A DNA stretch of 59,917 bases, the filler included. It is 3 parts of 3 records of this genome, joined end to end, with 100 filler letters (N's around TTAATTAATTAA, not from the genome) between each part and the next. Parts side by side here need not be neighbours in the genome. Positions count along the whole stretch, not along the records: positions 50,869 to 59,917 come from SRR20825019_1826; 2 more parts are not named here. The stretch is one strand, 5' to 3'. This document shows positions 55,365 through 59,917 of the stretch, in pieces (the stretch's first letter is position 1; each line of letters begins with the position of its first letter). Below the pieces are notes generated by a model. The model made no database searches. It saw only the letters and a program-made list of their open reading frames with translations, and had not been told where the DNA came from. A program made the translations under genes and the position numbers.

Positions 55365-58300
55365 TTAGTCGTCGGCCAACAGAAGGGCCACACCGGCGAG
55401 CGTCCATTTGGACTCCTGCTCGTCGGTCTTCATCTGTGCCATGAACACGAACGCCGACACCGGACCGACGTAGCGACCCGAGTGCATGTAGCAGGGGCAC
55501 GGGTAGAACTCGGTAGTCTTGGCGTTGCGAATATCCACAGCGGTTACGTGGATAACTGAGACAGGGGGGTGAAGCTCCTTGAAGTTGGAGTCACGGAGCA
55601 TACCAGTCTCAGGATCCCATCCAGCACCCTCCAGGAAGAGGCCGTGGATGTACGCACCATCGTCGGGGCATGCAGGGATGTCATCCGACTGCTTGTTGAT
55701 GACCTCTGTCTGAGTGCACATCTCATCGAGAGGAAGCTGGTGCTTACGCGCAGTGACCTGCACAATGGCTGTAAGGAAGGCCATGGGGTTGAAGAGACCC
55801 GGAAGCCACAAGGACTTGGGAAGCTTCAGGTTCTGTGTCCAAGCGTCAAGCTGCTCGATACGTAAGAACAAATTGGGTAGCCACTGGCTAAGCGGCTTGA
55901 GAGAGGGGTAGGCAACACCCTCCCAGGCAGCGGGAACACGGTTAATGAACAGGGACTGCATGAGGCTGTCCATGGCATCGGTCATGTTCAACTGACCATC
56001 CAGACCCATGCGAAGCTCGATCATGGTCTTCTGCATCTTGCCCAGAAGGCCATTGATACGCTCCGACTCCTGCAGGGCGATACAAGTGTACGGGTCCTTC
56101 TCGGTCACACGCTGGTTGATCTCGAACATGTTCAAGGGTTCGGGGAGGCGCTCCATGATGTCCTCGATCATCTCGCGGGCCTGGTCCTCAAGGGAGGCAC
56201 CGCCTGCACCACCGCCGACACCAGAAAGCTCAATGATGGTGTTAGTGAGGAACTCAGCCTCGGCGTTCAAGAAGTTCAGCTCGGCATTAGGGTGCATACC
56301 GAACATGATGGGAGATTCGCCGGGCATGGTCTTGTTGACGTGGTCCAAATACTTGTCAGGCCAGGCGGATTCCGGAGAGGGCTGGCAGAACTTGGGCGCA
56401 AGCTCCATACCAGAAGTGATAGCGGGCTTAAGCAGCACCTGCAGGTAGGTCATACAGGTACGACGATCCCACTTGTCAGTGATGTGACCTCCGTACATAA
56501 TTTCACCGAACATGTAGCGGATATCATCATAGGGCACTGTCGGGTTGTCAGTGATGTAGTTGGCCAACACCTGGGCGCAGATCGTGAGATCTCCAGTATT
56601 GAAGTTGTAAATACGGCCGATCGACCATCCGAGAGGACCGAACTTCTTGCGACCGAGCACCATGCAGTGGAAGAAGCACAGCGAGAAGAGGCATGCCTTG
56701 AAGTTACTCTGCTTCTCCGGGGAGATCTTATCCACGGTGGCGGCAGGGAAGTTCGAGATGGCACGACGCATCAAGTTCTTAAGATCCGCCGGGGGCTCGG
56801 TCGTGATCTTAATGGCGCTCTGCATGATTGACTGCGGCATGACATGAATGTGAGGGAGACCAGCGGGCTCACCAGACAAGAAGCAACGGAAGTCCTTGTG
56901 TCCGGTTTCGGAGGTGATCTCAAGCTTACGCTCCAAGGTAGGAAGCCAGTTCTGCATAAGATGTACGTTCTGCAAGAACACCCAGCCGCCATCCTTGGCA
57001 TAGTTTTCAATGGCCTTCTCGGCGGCGGGCTCCTGACCCTGTCCCATGGAAATATTGGTGAAGCGCCCGTTCTCCTCAGTAATGTCAAGCTCCTTTCCGA
57101 GAGCCTCGACCTCGGCAAGAGGGTTGGCACCAGGGAAGAGAGTGAAGAAAATAGGGGTAGCCTCGGAGGACTCCTTGAAGGTGGCCCACATGTCGAAGTT
57201 CTCCTGATCAATGTACTTATCACCCATGGTCTCGCGGACGAAGTTGCTAAGAGCGGATGTAAGACGATCAAACCGAATGGCACGGATGATGCAGAGCTTC
57301 TCGAAGGAGCTCTTGTTGGCCCAGTCCCCAGGCATGGGCTGGCGTTCAGGAGCGGGATCGTTGGCCCAATTCTTCCAGTGGACACGCGCAGTACCATCCA
57401 TATCCTCAGGCAGCTTCTCGAAGCCCTCGAGCTCCTTAAGACCGCACACCTGAGCCCAAGCTGACTCGGTCATGTACTCAGAGAGTTTCTCGCTCATCTG
57501 AGGTGGGTTGGACACTGCACGACCAAGAATGATGAACTTGTGCTGCTCGTTATTCAGCTTCTTGTCTTTCTCCAAGATCTTGAAGCAAAGCTGAGACACA
57601 ACAGTGAGCTTATGCTTCTCGAACATTCCGCGGCGGACATATTTGTAGACGGTGAATGTCACAGAGTCCATGATGTTCTCAATACGATCATCAAGCTCCT
57701 CAGCAGGCGCGGCAAGGTCGATACCCTGCTCGAAGACCACCACAAAGGCGTTGAGAGAGTACTGGTAGAAGGTGTGCACCTTGATGAGGGAAGACATCAT
57801 GAAGTAGAACAGAGATCCGCGGGCGGCAAGGGTACGGTAGGCCTCGCGAGCCTGGTTGATGTCAATCTCGGTCTTCTTGGCAATCTCAACCTTCTCCTGA
57901 ATCTCATTAGAGATCCGCTTGGTCTCCTCGAGTGACTCAATGAGCTCAACATCCTCCGTCAAGTCACCCTGAGCACTAGCCAGACGAGCCAAGAGACCGT
58001 CTTCAAGCTCCTTCAGTGTGATCTTGAATCCGTTCTGCTCCTTAATAAGAGCGGACTTCTGCTCCTCCAGGTCGGGGCGCTCCTTCTTCACGACACGAGC
58101 CAAGAGCTGGTCCTCAAGACCATTCTCAGTCACAGTGAAGTTGATCAGAGTCGCCTCAGCCTGCATCTCGGGCGGGTAGTGAGGGTTGGCGAGCTTTGTG
58201 TGCATGATAAGACGGAAGTTCTTGTCGAAACCAACTTCCTTACCACCAATGATCACGAAGAAGTTCTTACCCTTCTTGATAGTGTTGCGGCCAAGCACGG

Positions 58301-59917
58301 GAGCAAGCACGGCATCAAGGGACTCGCCCATGTTCTCAATGAGGCATGGCCAGCCATTCTCAAGGCATCTCTCAACGGTGTTGATGGTCTGCTTCTGGCC
58401 CAGACGCACGGTCTGGAGGTTGTTCTTGCCCTCCTTCTCCTTGATCCATGCGATGCCCTGAAGCTGAGGATCAATCATCAGCGGGAAGCGTTCGCAGTTG
58501 GTAAGGATAGCGCCGTTCTCGGTAGAGACACGATCAGACGGGAGGCCATCCGACTGCCACTGAGCAATGGTGGCATCATCGCAGAGCATAGCCAACGGGT
58601 CTACATTCCTGGACATGGGGATCTTCTTGTCCACCACATACTTGGTGAAGTCCTTGAGAAGGATCTGACGGAAGTTGCGGTCGAAGCAGCCGATATACGA
58701 CACAAAGGCCGATGCCATCAACACATCACCAACAATCACCTTCAGGCCACCCTTCAGGTCTTCCACTCCAGCCGCCCAACGCACGTTCTCGGCGGCGAGG
58801 GCATTCACAAGACGCTGGGCAAGGGAAAGCTTGCGGGCGAACTTCTCAGCGGTGGCCATAGCGGCTTCCTTCTCGGCAATAGCAGAGTCGAAGTCACTCT
58901 GCAGCTGCGCAACCTGTTCCTCGAGGGCAGCGACCTTAGCGCGGACACTGACGAGGCGCTCGTTGGCATCGGCGAGCTGGGTCTCGGCCTCAGCCAAGGC
59001 ATTACGCTTGGGCTCGACATCCATGAGAATGTCATAGTAGATGACAATGTTGATCACCCACTCGCAAAGACCAGCGGCAGCCTTGGACTTGCCCTTAATC
59101 ACATCAGGGGTGAAGGTCGGAATCTCAAGATACGGGCGCACGGCCTGGAAGTTCTTGGCGGGGACACCTCCGGCGTCGATCACACCCTTGTACTCCATGA
59201 GCTGCTGCAAGAACTTATCAACAGCGCCCATCATCTTCTGGGCAGCCTGCCAGGACATGTCCTTCTGCTTGCCCTGAAGGAGGATCATCACAGCCGATGT
59301 CACATCATCGACACCACCAGGGGGAGACTTGAGAGACTTCAACTCTCCAAGATCCTTCTTGTTCAGGGTCTGGAGCGCCTGCTCGGCAGCCGCGACAGCG
59401 GGCTCGGCCTTTGCAAGATCCCTCTGGCAATCAGCCTGCTGCTTGGACACACGGACGGCGATCTCCTCGCACTTTGCGGCTTCGATCGCGGCCGCGCTGG
59501 ACTCCTGCTCGACCTTAGCCTTCTCCACTCCGACCTTCTCGGCGAAGGTATCGGCGGAAGCCTTCTTGGCATTGACCTCGACTTCCTTGATCTTCAGCTC
59601 TTCCTCCAAGAGAGCGACATCCTTGGCGGTGGTACGCAGCTTAATGAGACCATTCTCAAGACGGTCTACGGCCTTCTGCAACTGGTCACGCTTCTTCTCC
59701 AACATATTCCTGTAGAGCTTGAGAAGCTCAAGGAAAGACTTGGGAGTGGTGTAATTGAAGCGGCGCTCCAGGCGCAAATACTCCTCAGAGGCCTCGTTGA
59801 CACGCAGGAAAGAGAAAGGCATAAAGCCGATGATGGCATCCTTGACCTGCTCAGGTGTGAGCTCACAGACGACAGGATTGGCCTTGGCATCATCGTCGTC
59901 GTCATCATCATCGTCGT
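55365..59917 (-). CDS. Axonemal outer-arm dynein heavy chain (beta/DNAH9-17-like), C-terminal part; 5' end lies outside the window
   Basis: RFNYTTPKSFLE, stalk and MTBD, PLMIDPQLQG, LINFTVT..GLEDQLL, SMGQGQ, GEIMYGGHITD and WTLAGVALLL. The frame is open to the window edge and intronless. Confidence 0.95.
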   Translation of the reverse strand, partial: DDDDDDDDDAKANPVVCELTPEQVKDAIIGFMPFSFLRVNEASEEYLRLERRFNYTTPKSFLELLKLYRNMLEKKRDQLQKAVDRLENGLIKLRTTAKDVALLEEELKIKEVEVNAKKASADTFAEKVGVEKAKVEQESSAAAIEAAKCEEIAVRVSKQQADCQRDLAKAEPAVAAAEQALQTLNKKDLGELKSLKSPPGGVDDVTSAVMILLQGKQKDMSWQAAQKMMGAVDKFLQQLMEYKGVIDAGGVPAKNFQAVRPYLEIPTFTPDVIKGKSKAAAGLCEWVINIVIYYDILMDVEPKRNALAEAETQLADANERLVSVRAKVAALEEQVAQLQSDFDSAIAEKEAAMATAEKFARKLSLAQRLVNALAAENVRWAAGVEDLKGGLKVIVGDVLMASAFVSYIGCFDRNFRQILLKDFTKYVVDKKIPMSRNVDPLAMLCDDATIAQWQSDGLPSDRVSTENGAILTNCERFPLMIDPQLQGIAWIKEKEGKNNLQTVRLGQKQTINTVERCLENGWPCLIENMGESLDAVLAPVLGRNTIKKGKNFFVIIGGKEVGFDKNFRLIMHTKLANPHYPPEMQAEATLINFTVTENGLEDQLLARVVKKERPDLEEQKSALIKEQNGFKITLKELEDGLLARLASAQGDLTEDVELIESLEETKRISNEIQEKVEIAKKTEIDINQAREAYRTLAARGSLFYFMMSSLIKVHTFYQYSLNAFVVVFEQGIDLAAPAEELDDRIENIMDSVTFTVYKYVRRGMFEKHKLTVVSQLCFKILEKDKKLNNEQHKFIILGRAVSNPPQMSEKLSEYMTESAWAQVCGLKELEGFEKLPEDMDGTARVHWKNWANDPAPERQPMPGDWANKSSFEKLCIIRAIRFDRLTSALSNFVRETMGDKYIDQENFDMWATFKESSEATPIFFTLFPGANPLAEVEALGKELDITEENGRFTNISMGQGQEPAAEKAIENYAKDGGWVFLQNVHLMQNWLPTLERKLEITSETGHKDFRCFLSGEPAGLPHIHVMPQSIMQSAIKITTEPPADLKNLMRRAISNFPAATVDKISPEKQSNFKACLFSLCFFHCMVLGRKKFGPLGWSIGRIYNFNTGDLTICAQVLANYITDNPTVPYDDIRYMFGEIMYGGHITDKWDRRTCMTYLQVLLKPAITSGMELAPKFCQPSPESAWPDKYLDHVNKTMPGESPIMFGMHPNAELNFLNAEAEFLTNTIIELSGVGGGAGGASLEDQAREMIEDIMERLPEPLNMFEINQRVTEKDPYTCIALQESERINGLLGKMQKTMIELRMGLDGQLNMTDAMDSLMQSLFINRVPAAWEGVAYPSLKPLSQWLPNLFLRIEQLDAWTQNLKLPKSLWLPGLFNPMAFLTAIVQVTARKHQLPLDEMCTQTEVINKQSDDIPACPDDGAYIHGLFLEGAGWDPETGMLRDSNFKELHPPVSVIHVTAVDIRNAKTTEFYPCPCYMHSGRYVGPVSAFVFMAQMKTDEQESKWTLAGVALLLADD

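Noticed and set aside
1..59917. CRISPR arrays, transposases, alternative genetic code
   Set aside because: No regular repeat-spacer array or transposase motif was seen. Conserved genes translate with standard codes, and apparent internal stops are explained by introns.

Overview
The window is three separate contigs joined by two identical artificial 100-bp spacers (N44-TTAATTAATTAA-N44, at 30766-30865 and 50769-50868). Contig A (1-30765) and contig C (50869-59917) are GC-rich, gene-dense eukaryotic DNA with short (~45-60 nt) GT-AG introns; contig C encodes an axonemal dynein, so at least that contig is from a flagellate. Contig A encodes a multi-TM protein, a TTM1/2-like uridine kinase-CYTH protein, an OGFOD2-like oxygenase, a thioredoxin-fold protein, AIP1/WDR1, an ERG24/ERG4-family sterol reductase, an EF-hand coiled-coil protein, RRP7, a BRO1 protein, a CPBP/Abi protease, an SFSWAP-like protein, an LBP/BPI protein and a truncated tRNA. 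Contig C encodes an ARM-repeat TKL kinase and the dynein heavy chain. Contig B (30866-50768) is a very AT-rich alphaproteobacterial fragment resembling Rickettsiales: cycM, SPFH, two xth, ProP-like MFS, ispZ, AsmA/YhdP-like, ubiE, ubiB, glyQS, an AAA-ATPase/PD-(D/E)XK gene, tmk, hemY-like, an orphan, hemD, der and tRNA-Ser. The best leads are (i) a possible protist host with a Rickettsiales endosymbiont (co-binned, not shown to be integrated), (ii) a probable highly diverged alphaMic60/mitofilin between hemD and hemY, (iii) a very regular paired gene layout in the eukaryote, with 38-52 nt between convergent stop codons and extreme GC islands at 5' ends, which also predicts an unannotated gene, and (iv) a plant-type TTM1/2 protein in this eukaryote. 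No CRISPR array or transposon was seen. Exon boundaries were parsed by eye, and all family calls rest on motif recognition, not database searches.
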